From: the human T2T-CHM13v2.0 reference genome, Homo sapiens
Length of the DNA: 64,000 bases
Direction: 5' to 3' (one strand)
Assembly (NCBI RefSeq): GCF_009914755.1
Contig: NC_060927.1
The translations under genes were made by a program, and so were the position numbers. Shown here in pieces: positions 46,761 through 64,000 of this stretch. The notes below the pieces were generated by a model. The model ran no database searches. It was not told the origin of the DNA and was given only the letters and a program-made list of their open reading frames with translations. Positions within the stretch are counted from its first letter, which is position 1. Every line of letters begins with the position of its first letter.

Positions 46761-47807
46761 ACATATAAAATTTATACATAGTACTTTATGTTTATATGCA
46801 AAATGGTATTGTGTTCTGGGATGCTGAGATCATTATTAACAGGTTTTTGACCTGTGTGATTGTCTGGTTGTATATTTGAAAGCGAATTCTTCCTCATATG
46901 TGACCGTGCTGCCCATTGCAGTACATCTAACATTATTAGCCTCTGACAACTAAATGACACTGTGTCCCCCAACTGTTTTGACAGTCAAGACATCTCAAAA
47001 ATTTCTAGAACATTGCTTAGGAGGCAATACCACACCCATTGAGAGCTTCTTTTCTAAAGTTATCTTCTGCATCCTTTTGCCTGTTTTCTTCTCTGCCTTT
47101 TCTAGCCCATGTCCCACATGGTTAAAATAGGAACCTGTCCAGGTTATTCCTTGCTTGAAAGCTTTCGATGACTCTTTATGGTCTGTAATATGAAGTTCAA
47201 ACTTCTCAACATGACTTATCAGCTTGATCACCTTCCAAATCCTTTTCCTACATGCCACCTAGCCTGTGAGATTATTGATCTCCACATGCACTGCCCCTCT
47301 ACCAGGTATACCTACAGCTCTTTGAAAATCACATTCATCCTTTGGAACTAGCTGCATCAGCTCCTGCAAAAGCCTTGCTGTTCTTCTATTCAGCTAGTTG
47401 TGCCCTGCCTTGAGCTCCCCAAAGTGCCTTTTGGGGGGAGTTTCATTCCGGCATTTATCATTCTGAAACACAAGAGCTGGATTCTCTTTCTGCCACTGGC
47501 TGTAAGTGCCCTGTCTTGTTCATCTTGGCATCCCTGGCTCTACCTCAATCCCAGGCACAGTGCCTAGCATATCATTAAGGTCAGTAAATTTTGGTCGAAA
47601 GAGTGAATCTTCAGTATTGCCATATGTTCTTACACCTTAGGAAACTAACTGTTCTAGTTCTTCTGAGACATTGATTAGTCTTGCAGCTCATAAAGATGTA
47701 TTACCATTTGTTTATATACTACATATGCCCTTATTTGAGATGATAGGCAATCTGTACGTGTAATTTTAGGGAGTAAGGGAAACTCCCAGTTCAAAACAGT
47801 AACATTG

Positions 47808-47838
47808 TCATCATCGTCGTCATCATCATCATCATCAT
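47808..47838. repeat. (CAT)n microsatellite
   Basis: TCATCATCGTCGTCATCATCATCATCATCAT. Confidence 0.9.
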
Positions 47839-49226
47839 TGCAACAATAGAAAGCCTGCCAAATAGCAAGAATTCTTTAATGGGGCAAAGCTTTTTTGTCC
47901 AAAAGGAAAGAGACAGTTTAAAACTCAAATATCCCATGTGAGATGTTCAAGGATGATGGAAATGTCCGGTGGAGGATGAGCTGAGGCTATGAACAGTTGA
48001 AGAAGTCCTAGGACCTAAAAGGAGCCATAGTGCAGGGGCTTCTGAAATGAGAACAGGTGGGAGAATAGATTTGTCTGAATTGCAGCTGCTATGTTTAAGC
48101 GACTTGCTTGCCAATATTGGAACTAGAGTCAACCATAAACACAAATGCTCCCATTGCAGCTCTGGTGCCCCAGCCACCGTTAAAAAAACTTTTTTTTTTT
48201 TTGGCATGGTTTGACATTTTAATATTATCTTTTTTTTCTCTTTCCAAAATTAATACACATTAATTGGAAAAGTCTTGAGAAACATGGCTAAATAGAAAGA
48301 AGCAGTACCCATTACCATGAATTCCACTGCCTACAGATGGCACTATGAATATATCATTGTGCATATTTCCAGTAGCTTTGTTTCTCTCCGTATTTTTAAG
48401 ACCTCCTTGGTGTGACTCTGATAGTCAGTTGTTAAGGAAAACTGCAAATTCCAGAGCTAAAAAAGAAAAAAAAATGGGCAAGAGCAAGAAGAGGATGAAA
48501 ACAATAAATGTTGAGACATTTGCCAGCTCTTCTTTTCTGTCCGGGAACCATGCTGGGCATGGCTAGGAGTGATTAGAGTATTGATACTATTACATCTTCC
48601 ACTGCACAGCCATGATGTCAGTAATGCAATTCAGAATGACCAGAATGAAATTAACCATGAGTCAGATGGCAGCTCCTGGCTTCTTAAGCTAAGGAGAAAT
48701 AGTTCTTGTAGGAGGTTTATTAATTCACATTTTGTCTTCCATGCCTATGTTTCATTTATTTAGTACAAAGTCTCAGGGGCCATGTGGAAATTGCACTGTA
48801 ACTGATGTTCAGCATTTCCTTTTCCCAGCTGGGTGGCTTCTCCTTCATCTCCACAAAGAGCCAGCACTAGGCCTTTGTGACACAGTCCCTTTCTCTCTCC
48901 CCACAGCATTCACCTGCTTCAGCCTTCATGAGCCACCAGCTGCCCTGACCACTGCAGTCACAGCCTGATTGGCCTCTGCTTTCAGTCCCTTCCTCCCTAT
49001 TCTCTGCCCCACGGCAGATGTTCCTCCTAAAGCCCAACTGTGGTTATTATCTCTTTGCTCAGGAGCCTTCAACAACACCCTGATGCAAAAAGAATGAAGT
49101 TTATATCCTTAGGTTATTTGCCCTCATCTATTTTTCCTTACTTATAGTCCCTTACTTGAAGATGGTGCCAGTGGAAAGTAATCTGTGAAGAGGTTGCCAA
49201 GCACTTTTAAAAAAATATTGCTTGTG

Positions 49227-49546
<320 letters not shown>

Positions 49547-49820
49547 TTAGCTAATTATGAAAGTTATACATGCTCATTGTGGACAATTTGGGAAATACAG
49601 GGAGTGTGAAGAAGAAAATAATAATCACCCATATTCCACTCCCTAGAATTGGCCACTGTTAACATTTTGGTTGAAAATGGTCTGAAATTATGTTCAATCT
49701 GTATATACAATATTGTATCCTGCTGTTTTCACTTATCATTATATTAAGAACATTTGTTCAGATGATTAAAATATTCTTATAAAATATGATTTGAATGGTT
49801 GTTCAACATTCCACTATATC

Positions 49821-50155
49821 CAGTCATGCATTACATAATGATGGGGCTATGCTTGAGAAGGACTTCCCTAGGCAATTTCATCACTGTGCAAGCCTCATAG
49901 AGTGTACCCACACAAACCCAGATGGTACAGCCTACTACACACCTAGGCTACATGGTATCGCCTGTTGCTCCTAGGCTATAAACCTGTACAGCATGTGACT
50001 ATACTAATACTGGAGGCAATGGGAACAGAGTGGTAAGGATTTGTGTATCTAAATGTAGAAAAGTTACAGTAAAAATATAGTATTATAATCTTATGGGACC
50101 ACGGTTGTATATGTAGTTTGTTGACTCAAACACCATTATATAGCACATGACTATA
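49821..50155. mobile_element. Tigger3/MER7 DNA transposon inside an old L1ME fragment
   Basis: TIRs CAGTCATGC ... GCACATGACTATA; TACAGCCTACTACACACCTAGGCTA. Confidence 0.88.
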
Positions 50156-51919
50156 GTGACATAATTGATGTAATTATCCATGTTGATATTGTTAGACATT
50201 TAGTTTTCTATCAAATTTTTCTATTATAAATAATACTACAGTGAACTTGTTTGCATGTAAATCTGACAACATCTTTGATGTTTGCTTAGAAGAGATTCCT
50301 AGAAGATGGTGCCTTACAACTCTTCTGCTCATTACTTTAACAATTGGCATAGTTTCTTTATCTCCCCTACTAAATGTGCAATCTGGCACAAAGTTCTGCC
50401 CATAGTGGGTGTACCACAAATGTTGGTTGTACTAAAATATGGTTTACCTCCCTGGGCTTCAGTTTCTTCTTTTGTAAAATGAAGGTGTTGAATTATATCA
50501 TCTTTTTGCAATGAGATGCTATGGTTTTTGTACTTTCAGACCTTAGCTAACATGTATCTAAGATATGATACTCATAAATAGTTGTGATCCCAGCCCATTT
50601 CTTATATGGCAAATTCATTTTCTGTGGGGCTTAGAATGGCCTGTAACCTGGATAAAGACTGGGGTCTCGCTGTCCAGAGGCAATATGGCAAAGTGGGAAG
50701 TCTTTGGCTTTAGCTTTGGCTTTAATTTCTTCTGTGCAAACTTGGGCAAGTATCTTAGCCTTTCTAAATTTCAGATCTTCTGTAAATACCATTAATCATG
50801 TCTACTTTGCAGGTTTTGTGGGAGGACTAAATGGGATGATATGTGTAGGGCTCCTTGTAATAATAGTAGGGTTTTTAATGGTCACAGCTATTATTGTAAG
50901 GTATATCTCAGTAAATCACTTAGGCCTCATGTGGCCTGGATGACAACAAAAAAGTTGGATGTGCAGGGTTTTTCTTTGAGGAGGGCACTAATACTCTTTT
51001 TCAACATCAGCACAGAGAACATTGAGTTGCTGTAAAAGCCTGTTTTCTACATGTGTATTTTATTAGCAGAATCTCAACCCAGGCCCTATTTAGGCATTCC
51101 TCAGAAAATCTAGAGGAACTAGGTATTGATTTTTGCCTACCATAGACAGACACAGACACACTGAAGGAAGCCACTTCATTGGTTTTTTCATGTGAATTAT
51201 TTCAAGATCTACGTTATTCTCACTGAAATATGGCCTACCAGGCTATCTCCCACTCTCATCACAACCTTTGTAACAGAAGTAATAATAAATGGATGAATGG
51301 GAGTCTCATTTAAAAAGTGGTGCGCATGAGGCTTTTCTGGTCCCTCAAAGATTTCTTTTCTCTTGCACCCATTTCTCAGTCCTAATCAGTCAGAGGGCAG
51401 ATCAGAGTTCTCAGAGTCTGTTCTTTCCCATGGCTTCCAGGTGGGTTATGATGCACAGTTCTCCTACTGAGTGTATTGTGTGGTAGCTTCCTGCCTTATT
51501 GATTTATTTATTTTTGGATAAATTGGTTGGTCTTCTTATTGGGTATAGGCCATCCAGGACTTTCTAACAGGATGCATTATGGGGATCCATTCGTAAGGCC
51601 ATCCTTTGGAATGTGGAGCCCATTTTTTTTTTTCAGAAACCTCACAGCGATGGGCAGTTCTGCTGCCCGGCCGAGCCTGGTCTCCAGAAAGCAAGGTGGG
51701 AAATCGGAGTTGTCCAATTTTGTTACCTAGAGAGGTTCAATTCCATTCGTCAAACTCTTAATAAATACTGATTCTGTGTCAGGTGCTGTGCTGGAGCAGG
51801 AGATAAAAGGGAAGAGGTTCCTGCCCTCAGGGATCTCATAGTCAGTTGCTTTTAGCTTGTGAAGTGAAAATATCTTTGAATTGGAAGATGTGGACTGACC
51901 GGAAGGAAGTTGTATGACC

Positions 51920-52170
51920 TAGTGTATAAGAGTGGAGACCTGGCATCCAAACCTTGGTTCAAATCGCAGCTCTTTCACTGACCAGCTGTGCGATCTTGTT
52001 ACTTGAGCTTTCCACATCTCAGTTTCATTTTTTCCTTTTGTAAAATGGGGATAATAATAGTATCTTCCCCAAAAGTATTATTGTAAGGATTAAAGGAGAT
52101 GGTTTTTGGAACGTGCTTAGAAAATGCAGGTTATATAGTAAGCATTAGTAAATAGTGTTTATTATTATTG
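51920..52170 (+). mobile_element. MIR
   Basis: TGTAAAATGGGGATAATAATAGTA...GTAAGGATTAAA. Confidence 0.8.
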
Positions 52171-52425
52171 AGAGGCAAGGAACCCTGAATTCTAGTTCTG
52201 TTTCCCACTGAATAGTTTAGTGATCTTGAGCAAGACTTATGACTCCGAATTAAAAGGCAAGGAAAGAGATAGAAAAGGAGTTACTATATTTAGGCTGATT
52301 GGTCCTGATTATCAAAGGGGAAATTGGGTTACACTACACGCTGGGGGGCAAAAAGTCTGTCTGGTATACAGAGATTTCCCTAGGACATCCCAGTACTTCC
52401 ACGTCTTTTGGTTAAAGTCAATGGA

Positions 52426-52753
52426 GGCTGGGCGTGGTGGCTCATGCCTGTAATCCCAGCACTTTAGGAGGCCGAGGTGGGTGGATCACTTCAGGTCAGG
52501 AGTTCAAGACCAGCCTGGCCAACGTGGCGAAATTCCATCTCTACTAAAAATACAAAAATTAGCCAGGTGTGGTGGTACACACCTGTAATCCCAGCTGCTC
52601 AGGAGGCTGAGACAGGAGAATCGCTTGAACCCGGGAAGCAGAGGTTGCAGTGAGCTGAGATTGCAGTGAGCTGAGATCATGCCACTGCACTCCAGCCTGG
52701 GTGACAGAGTGAGACTTCCTTTCAAAAAATAAAACAAACAAACAAATAAATAA
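52426..52753 (+). mobile_element. Alu (AluSx-like) with a 16-bp internal tandem duplication
   Basis: TTGCAGTGAGCTGAGA x2 (52645-52676); TSD AAAGTCA(A/G)TGGA. Confidence 0.95.
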
Positions 52754-55194
52754 AGTCAGTGGATCACCCCAACAACCCAGTTCAGGCAGGACAGCTCTGA
52801 ACCTTGGTATTCTCAGTTTAGAAAATAAAAGGGTAGGGTGGAAGGGGTTAACTACTTAAACTCCCTTTCAGGAGTACAATTCTCAAGTTCACAATCCCCA
52901 TTCTACTTCTGACTTGCTGTGCTTTGTACACCAAGGTATCTGGGAAAATAGCCAGTTTTATTTTCAGATTACCATGGTAGATGTGAGTAGCTCAGTACTA
53001 AGACTGTGCAGCTGAAATTCAAATACAAAACACACCTACTTCATTTAAAAAATGTCAAATGACAGAGTGAAACAAGATGTTTTTCCTACAATGTCATTCT
53101 GAATGAAGAATTACAAAGCTGGATTTCAATGACTGGACTCTTTTGCTGGCTATAAATGTTAGGTTATACTATAAAAATGGCTTGTTTAAGCTTCTGCTTA
53201 CACCTAAGCAGAAGAGGTGGTCATTCCTTCCTGTTATAATAGTGCTTAGTCCTGGTATCAATAGTTTTCCTTGTGTGTGGGCCTGTTAAACTGAAGAATG
53301 TGAGCTGTAGATTTTCATGCTGGTAACTGCCTGGCCAAGTGCTGTGTTGGGAGGTTGATGTCGGAATCCAACTGCATGAAAATCTGCTTCACAAAACCTA
53401 CAGTACCAGACAGGGCTTTCCAAACTTTTTCCCCACAAAATTATTACTTAATATGTTCTTGTCAATTGCCACCAGTATTAAACTGATAGACGACAAGTTA
53501 AACAGCACACGTGTGTTTTCAGAGTCGTGCCAACTTTTAGATTTTTTTCAGGGGACAAAATATAAAATGTATTTTTTTTCTGTTTCAGAGAGGGGAATTG
53601 TTATTAAAACTGATTTCTTAAGTGATTGTCTTCTAAATATCAGAAAAGATATTTCTTTGAATCAGAAGAGCTAATCGATTTCAGAAATATAATGCTACCT
53701 GTTTTCCTTAAAGATTTTGTTACTATAAAAATAATAATTGACTATCATTATAGAGAAAATTTATTAAGTGGGAGAAAGATCCATAACATCACTTTAACAC
53801 ACTTACTATTATAATAGTTTTAAAATATTTTTATATAAGAGATGCGGCAGTCACAATGTGATTTTTTGTTCAGTTTCTGTTTCTCTGGCAAATTTATTTT
53901 CACCCTCGAACACTCATTAGTTTGCATTATTCAAGAAAGAGATGTTGATTAATCCATGTTCTAATTAAATGCCACAGTTTTTCTTTTAAAATTACTAATT
54001 CTGATACCTGGATTAAAAAATAACCCAATAGATTCAAGTGACATAATACAGTTTATCTGTCACTCTCTCTTCCTTTCCCTCTTTTTTATCTTTCACTTTC
54101 TCCTGAATTTGGGAAGTTATACTGCAGTTGTCTTCAGTAAGTGGGAACCCAGTCTCACACAATGTGTAGTTAGCAACTAAATAAAACCAAACACTCTCTG
54201 TCCACTGGGCTTTCGCAGGTGAGGAGGACTGGCTAGGCTTTGCCACCTCTCTAGCCTGGTTGTCTTTACCAAATGTTTTTGGAAGGACACAGCATTACTG
54301 AATAAAGATAATCCCGTAGCTCTTTTATTTTTGGTAAATTTTGTCTTATCAATAACTTTATAAGAAATGAGTGACTTCAAGAATAATCCCAATCAAATTC
54401 CCTTTTGAATCAGACCTTACATTAGCTATCGGGTTGGAGAGAAACAGCACAGGAGGTCTATTGCTCAAGTAATTCTATCATTTTAAATTTAAGTTTCTGA
54501 AAACCTACCTTCAACAGAAAGAAAAATTTCTTTTCTTAAGTTTAGAATTCTGTCAGCAGAGTGGTAAGTGTGTTAGCTGTAAATCTCCTTGATACCATAA
54601 TAAACTGAACTTAAAAGATAGGGGGAGGAAAGAAAGAAAGAAAAGCCAGAGACCTAGAGAATAATATTCAAAGCATATACGATTAGAACAAAAGATTAGT
54701 ATAAATAATATGTATTTTAAAATTCCTACAGATGTATAAGAAAAAAGGCAAACAATATGGCAGAAAATGGGCAATGGTTAGGAGCAAGCAACTCACAGAA
54801 AAGGAAGTCCATATGGTCAGAAAACACGTGAAAAGTCCTCATGAGTCATCAGAGAGATACAAATTAAACCCATTTGAAGCTACTTCAGACTTATTATTTA
54901 AGCAGCAATTTTAAAGTCTGATAACACCTAGGCACTAGCACGGATGCACAGAAAAAATAAGCATTGCCTCTCTATAGATCCCCTCATAATCCGTACATAA
55001 TGGACCAAGGTTTTGGTTCATGGAAAACAACAGTGAACAAAATGTGACCCGGCATTTGCAACTCTTCTCAATAACAGAAGAAAATCCTGAGCATAGTTGG
55101 ACAGTGTTTTTCATTTCTAATGAAAAATTATCTCCAATTAATCTTTGACGTGTTTTAATTTAGCCTATGAATTGCATTGCTTCGGTCACATATA

Positions 55195-55325
55195 TAACCA
55201 CTTTAACCACGTGTCTTATAGTAACCACTTTAACCACTTTACCATGTACACATGGTTACCCACTTTAACCACGAGTACTTATAGTAAGTAATAACCACTT
55301 TAACCATGTGTACTTATGGTAACAC
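55195..55325. repeat. Degenerate local tandem repeat of TAACCACTTTAACCA...
   Basis: Four copies of CCACTTTAACCA with variable spacers. Confidence 0.85.
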
Positions 55326-55759
55326 ATAGCAGAAAAGACACCCCCTTCCCCACATTAGTGCCCTTTCCAGGGTCTTGTAACTCCTTCTTCCCCTCACCCT
55401 GATTGGGAGCAACCTGCCTCCACTTCTTCCTTCTGACTCTTTCCTCTCCTCATTCTCTGGTTCTAAACTGGTATGACTACTACTTCTGATAATGCATTTT
55501 GTGGCCTGAAGTCCCTTCACAGTCTAGGCCCCACCCAGAATTGTCAGCTCCCTGAGGACATGGCTCATGTTTCAGTCTTCTTCAGGATTAATACAGAGCC
55601 TAGCAAGCTTCTTGCAGCAAATATTTTTTAAGTGATCCACAGACTCCTCAGTCTGGGCAATTGCTGTGTGTGCATCTTCGTACAAAATATATGTGCAGTT
55701 TTCCACTTAAACTGCTTTGGTTGGTGGTGCCTTAAGCCTTAGGTCCTACTGGGGTGTCA

Positions 55760-55960
55760 TGAAGAGAGTACTGGATTAGAAGCCACAAGTCCAGGGTTTA
55801 GACTAATCTGTTGTGGACAAATTGTGTGTCTTTAGACATATCATTCTACGTTTGGGAACCTCAGTTTCTTTGTCTACAAAATGAGGCTAGAATATCTGCT
55901 CTGCTTACCCCACAGGGTTATGACAAGGATTAAATGAAAAATGCTACATGGAAAAGTGGT
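55760..55960 (+). mobile_element. MIR
   Basis: CCTCAGTTTCTT...CAAGGATTAAATGA. Confidence 0.7.
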
Positions 55961-56029
55961 AAAAACTTTAAAAGGCTATCCATGGGCTATTGTTGATTAT
56001 GTGTTGTTTGTAGATCAGGACATGGCCGC

Positions 56030-56998
56030 CGAGTAAACAGACAACACACAGAGTGGGAGAAAATCTTCACAATCTATACACCTGGCAAAGGACTAATATC
56101 CAGAATCTACAACAAACTCAAACAAATTAGCAAGAAAAAAAACAAACTATCCCTTCAAAAAGTGGACTAAGGGCATGAGTAGAAAATTCTCAAGAAAAGA
56201 TATACAAGTGGCCAACAAACGTATGAAAAAATGCTCAATATCACTAATGATCAGGGAAATGCAAATAAAACCACAATGTGATACCATCTCACTCCTGCAA
56301 GAATGGCCATAATCAAAAAATAAAAATATAATAGATGTTGGCATGGATGCGGTGAAAAGGAAACACTTTTACACTGCTGGTGGGAATGTAAGCTACTACA
56401 GCCACCATGGAAAACAGTGTGGAGATTCCTTAAAGAACTAAAAGTAGATCTACCATTTGATCCAGCAATCCACTACTGGGTATCTACCCAGAGGAATAAA
56501 AGTCATTACAGGAAACAGATACTTGCACACACATATCTAGAGCAGCACAGTTCGCCAATTGCAAAAATTTGGAACCAGCCCAAATACCCATCAATCAACA
56601 AGTGGATAAAGAAACTGTGGTATCTACACACAATGGAATACTACTCAGCCATAAAGAAGAATGAATTCATGGCATTTGCAGCAACCTGGATGGGATTGGA
56701 GACTATTATTCTAAGTGAAGTAACTCCGGAATGGAAAATGAAACTTGTATGTTCTCACTCATAAGTGAGACCTAAGCTTTGGGGATGCAAAGGCATAAAA
56801 ATGATTTCATGGACTTTGGGGACTCAGTGGGGAGGGTGGGAAGGGGGTGAGGGATAAAAGACTACAAATTGGGTTCAGTGTATACTGCTCAGGTGATGGG
56901 TGCACGAAAATCTCACAAATCACCACTAAAGAACTTACTTGTGTACTCATACCACCTGTTCCCCAAAAACCTATGGAAATTAAAAATTAAAAAAATAT
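56030..56998 (+). mobile_element. 5'-truncated L1PB-like element
   Basis: ORF2 C-terminus [17 protein letters not shown]...MEYYSAIKKNE; G-rich 3' UTR; A tail; probable TSD ATCAGGA(C/T)ATGG. Confidence 0.93.
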
Positions 56999-57084
56999 AA
57001 ATCAGGATATGGTAAACCACAGAGGCAGCAATGAGATTTCCCAATGCTCTGTCATTGTTTAGCTGCAGCCTTGCTACAAGAAAT

Positions 57085-57401
57085 ATTATTATTATTATTC
57101 CATTTCTTTTTTTTGAGACAGAGCCTTGCTCTGTCACCCAGGCTGGAGTACAGTGGCACGATCTCAACTCACTGTGACCTCTAGAGGCCTCCTGGGTTTA
57201 AGCGAGTCTCATGACTCAGCCTCCTGAGTAGCTGGGATTACAGGTGCACACTACCACTCCTGTCTAATTTTTGTATTTTTTAGTAGAGATGGGGTTTTGC
57301 CATGTTGGCCAGGCTGGTCTCAAACTTCTGGCCTCAAGTCAACTGACCACCTGGGCTTCCCAAAGTGCTGGGATTACAGGTGTGCACTACTGTTCCTGGC
57401 C
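57085..57401 (-). mobile_element. Alu (AluJ/Sz-like)
   Basis: Dimer; TSD AAGAAATATTATT. Confidence 0.94.
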
Positions 57402-57593
57402 AAGAAATATTATTTTCACCTGTAAAACTCCCTTTAATGGTTAATGTGCTGACCAAAGGAACCCTACTGATATTCTAGATGGTTTAGGTGAAGCTTCTTT
57501 TTGGTCATTTAACTTGAAGAATTGCATCTCAACCTCTCTTCTATCAACACCCTTCCATTTTAAAAAAAGTCAATACAATATTTGCCACCATGA

Positions 57594-58074
<481 letters not shown>

Positions 58075-61000
58075 TAAAGATTGTATATAAAGCAAATTTT
58101 TGCAAACAGAGTATCCCATTTTCACATTAAATAATACATGCACCCTCTTTGGTTTTCATCTGCATTTGGTTAGCTTTGATTCATAGTACATTAGATTTAG
58201 ATTTATCTCTTCATCACATTCAGTCTTTGATGAACTGTGAACACACTACTGATAGGAATCCTGGTGATTTCTTTTATTAAATAACGAATCCTTATCAGTA
58301 AATAATTCCAGCCTTACTATTATGTTCTAGTGATGGATTTTCATATAAGAGCTATGTGTGGGTGTGTAACATTTATCTTTTCTCCCCATTTCACTTTTGA
58401 GTCACTACCCCTTTAAACCCATGTGTGACAAGTATGGAGCACAGATCCTCTCTCCAGTGTCGTCAGAGAGTGTCATGGAGTGGCGGGCTAATAAACAGCA
58501 GTGAATGCTACCTAAGCCAGCCCTGACCAGTGGGGAATTGCAGTCATAGAAATTATAGGTCCTCACTGGAGAACAGAAACTGATTCTGAATCATTTCCAG
58601 AGCCTCCGAAAAGGCACTTCCTGTTGTTAGAGATCTGTTGTGCTGAGGTTAGATTGTAGCTGCTGGTCCCTTGCTCGCTGAGGAGGCATGCAGGACTAGA
58701 AAGCACACTCTCCAGTGCTGGAGCTGGAAGAAACAATTGGATCTGACACTGTCATTTCATAGACAAAGAAACTGAAACCCAAAAGATGTGCCCAGGGTCA
58801 TGCTGCTAGTTAGAGGCAATAGTCCCAGGACACAGGGGTCTCCCTCCAGTTTACTGATTTTGGTTTTATTTCATGAAGTTTATGTTTTAGCAGTTTATCC
58901 TTTTGCAGAGGCAAGGTAGCTTTCTACAAAGCCTCTAGTCTCTGAAGCCAGACAAGTCTGTGTTACAGTCCTTGCCCTACCTGTTACAAGTGTATATTCT
59001 TTCTAAGCACTGGTTTCTTCATCTAAAAAATGAGGATAATGTCCACCTTATAGGACTGTTGCCCTAATTTGTGTTAATGTATATGAAATGCCTGGTGCAT
59101 ACATATTAAAACGCAGTGTTGTCAGTACTCTAGGTGATGGGGGTGGACCAACTGCTACCTCTAATTTTAATGTAACTTGCACTTTCTATAGCACTTGTTT
59201 GGCAACTAAGTCTTTCCTGTCTTTCCTGCTTTGGGCTTTATGTAGATTCAGGCCCTGTAGGCCTATTTTGAGAAGTGAGTGGGTTTTTGTTTTGTTTTGT
59301 TTTGTTTTAGGACTTCTAGAAATTCAATAATCTGGTTCTTGCTACAGAAGCCTCGATTGTTAGAAGGAAATCTCTAGTCTCTTTAGGCTCTGAAGACCAG
59401 GATAGATTCTGTGTTCTGCCCTTACTATTTCAAGGCAACTTCAGTTGTTTCACAAGAAAGAGAACCAAGTTGGCATAGGAGGTGAGACATACAAGCAGGA
59501 AGTAGGAATCCCTGGCCTGGCAGGGGTGGGGTAGAGTAGGGTAGCATGGTAGAGGAGACCCTGCCTGGGCTCTTCGCTAGCTGAGATGAGCAATGCAAGG
59601 AGGTGATGGCTCTCAACTGCAGTAGTAGCTAAGAGGACTAGAAAATAAGTGACTAGTCAGGGTCTAGTCCTTTCCTTGGGAGTGGGGCTGCCATGGTTCT
59701 GCTGATCTGCTGGATTTGAGCAGGCTAAAGTTAAATAGAGGCAGTTGCAGATAAAAGACTGGGGGCTGCATGTGTTCATGTGCATGTGTCCATGGTGGTT
59801 ATTTTCAAGCTAAGCTAGAACAAGATTTGTGCAAATTGTCTCCCTCTTTGATACTTTTCCTAGGAAAAAGGGGTGACAACAGCCTCCTTGATGGGTCTGT
59901 AGACAGCGAGGAGGAGAGTTGTCTACAACATCCGGAACCCTGCAGCTTGGTGAAGAAAGGAGTGCAAAAAAAGTCAGAGGGAGGCTGAGCTTGACTTCCT
60001 CTTCTTGCTGGTGTAGGGTTGAGGGTCACCAGCAGAAGAGTGTGGGAAAGAGCTGGCTGGCTGGGCCTTGGTTCCTCCTTGTCCTGTGGATAAACAGATG
60101 ATCTCAGCTTCTGGTCCTATTGAATGACCCCTTCCCTGCTATTACTAGAAAATGAAGAAACAAGTGGAAGAGGGGGAAAATACTGCATCAGAAGAGTAAT
60201 GGAAAAAAACAAGAAATGGGAGGTAGAAAAATAAAGTGGGGAAAGCATGCCCTTAGGAGCTTTGGCATTTTGTGGAGTGGTTCATACTGGAATTGGATTG
60301 AATTGAATATGATTCATGCAATGCATCCTTAAATTAATAATATGCTGCTGATATAAATTTTCCAGCCTGAAGGAACCATGGCAATCATCTGTGGTTGCCC
60401 TTCTGTCTTATAGAAGAGGAATTTAAGGCCCAGAGAAGCAAAGGGACCTGTGTGAGGTGAGGCTAACACAGTGAGGGAGGGATGTGCTGAAACCACTGCC
60501 CAGCTCCACCCCTCTGGGTGCTTGCTTCCTCGGCATTGTTTTGGTTCCAAGCATGCAAAGCTCATCTGGTTTTTCTCCCTCTCTGTACCTCTGCTCATTT
60601 CTGCTAACCCTTTTACCGTAAGTGGAGGAGTCCTTTCAGCTGAGAGTAAAAGTTGGGAGACTGGAGTCAGGTGTAGAGCCAAGGAGAGGAGAGGTCATCT
60701 TTCTCCTTAGTGTTCGAAGTTGGAGCTAAGTTCTTCTCAAACAAGATTTCAGTGATATGGATGGTTAAACATTGCCAACAAATAGCAAAAATGGGCCCTG
60801 ATTCTATAGCAATGAAATGCTCTTTTTCTTGCACAATTTTCAGTTTAATCTCCTGACTTGACTTTCTATTTCCAGCTTCTCTCCTCTGTCTCTTGTTTCT
60901 CTCCTGCCACATCCATCCCACTCACTGTTGTCAGAACCTTCCATCACTGTCCCTGTCACAACCACTTTTGGTGGCTCCCACTGCCTGTGGCTTAAGGTCT

Positions 61001-61323
61001 AATCTCCTTAGTTCAGCCGTCAAGGCCCGGAAGAGATGAGTTTCACTCATCCTACAGCCATTGAGCTTGTAATAAAATACTTCTTTAAGAAAACTGCAAG
61101 CAGCTGAGCACCCAAAAAATTCTGGTGAGGATCACCTTATAGTTCAGTTAAAAAAAAAAAAGAGAAAAAGAAAAGAAAAACAAAACAAAACGAAACAAAC
61201 CCCAAAGCAAGACTTTTGCTTTAACATTTAAAGCGAAGTTGAAATAGACCACCCTGAGAGATATGATGCAGTCATTCTACAAGTTACACCTTAAACATTC
61301 ATTTACAACTGATATTGTCCTAC

Positions 61324-64000
<2,677 letters not shown>

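Noticed and set aside
48329-48346. CTCF-like GCCTACAGATGGCACTA
   Set aside because: Two core mismatches, and it sits in what looks like a decayed L1ME fragment.
51774-51792. RE1/REST-like half site (CAGCACC on the minus strand)
   Set aside because: The second half lacks GGACAG, and the context is an L2-like relic.
61150-61203. Orphan A-rich tract as a retrocopy tail
   Set aside because: No TSD or recognisable upstream cDNA; treated as low complexity.

Overview
Primate (almost certainly human) genomic DNA, about 40-45% GC by eye and dense in interspersed repeats. The only host coding sequence is the first coding exon of SLC7A14, a cationic amino-acid transporter family gene. It lies on the minus strand: exon 20954-21409, ATG at 21257, 304 coding nt, phase-1 donor. 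I found no other SLC7A14 exon, so the rest is intronic. It holds about 19 Alus, MIR/L2 relics, MaLR/ERVL LTRs, Tigger/hAT/MADE1 DNA-transposon relics, old L1 fragments and a frameshifted L1PA-type element running off the right edge. Nearly all other ORFs in the track are Alu/L1-derived or chance ORFs. I see no CRISPR, RNA gene or new multi-gene system. The best leads are: two uORFs in the SLC7A14 leader (one with an Arg-Arg-Arg run), a young AluYa5-like insertion with a perfect TSD, a tetrameric Alu cluster with a triplicated target site, a close inverted Alu pair, a MADE1 hairpin with a compensated change, and several fold-back rearrangements. Repeat subfamily names are from memory of consensus sequences, and repeat boundaries are approximate.
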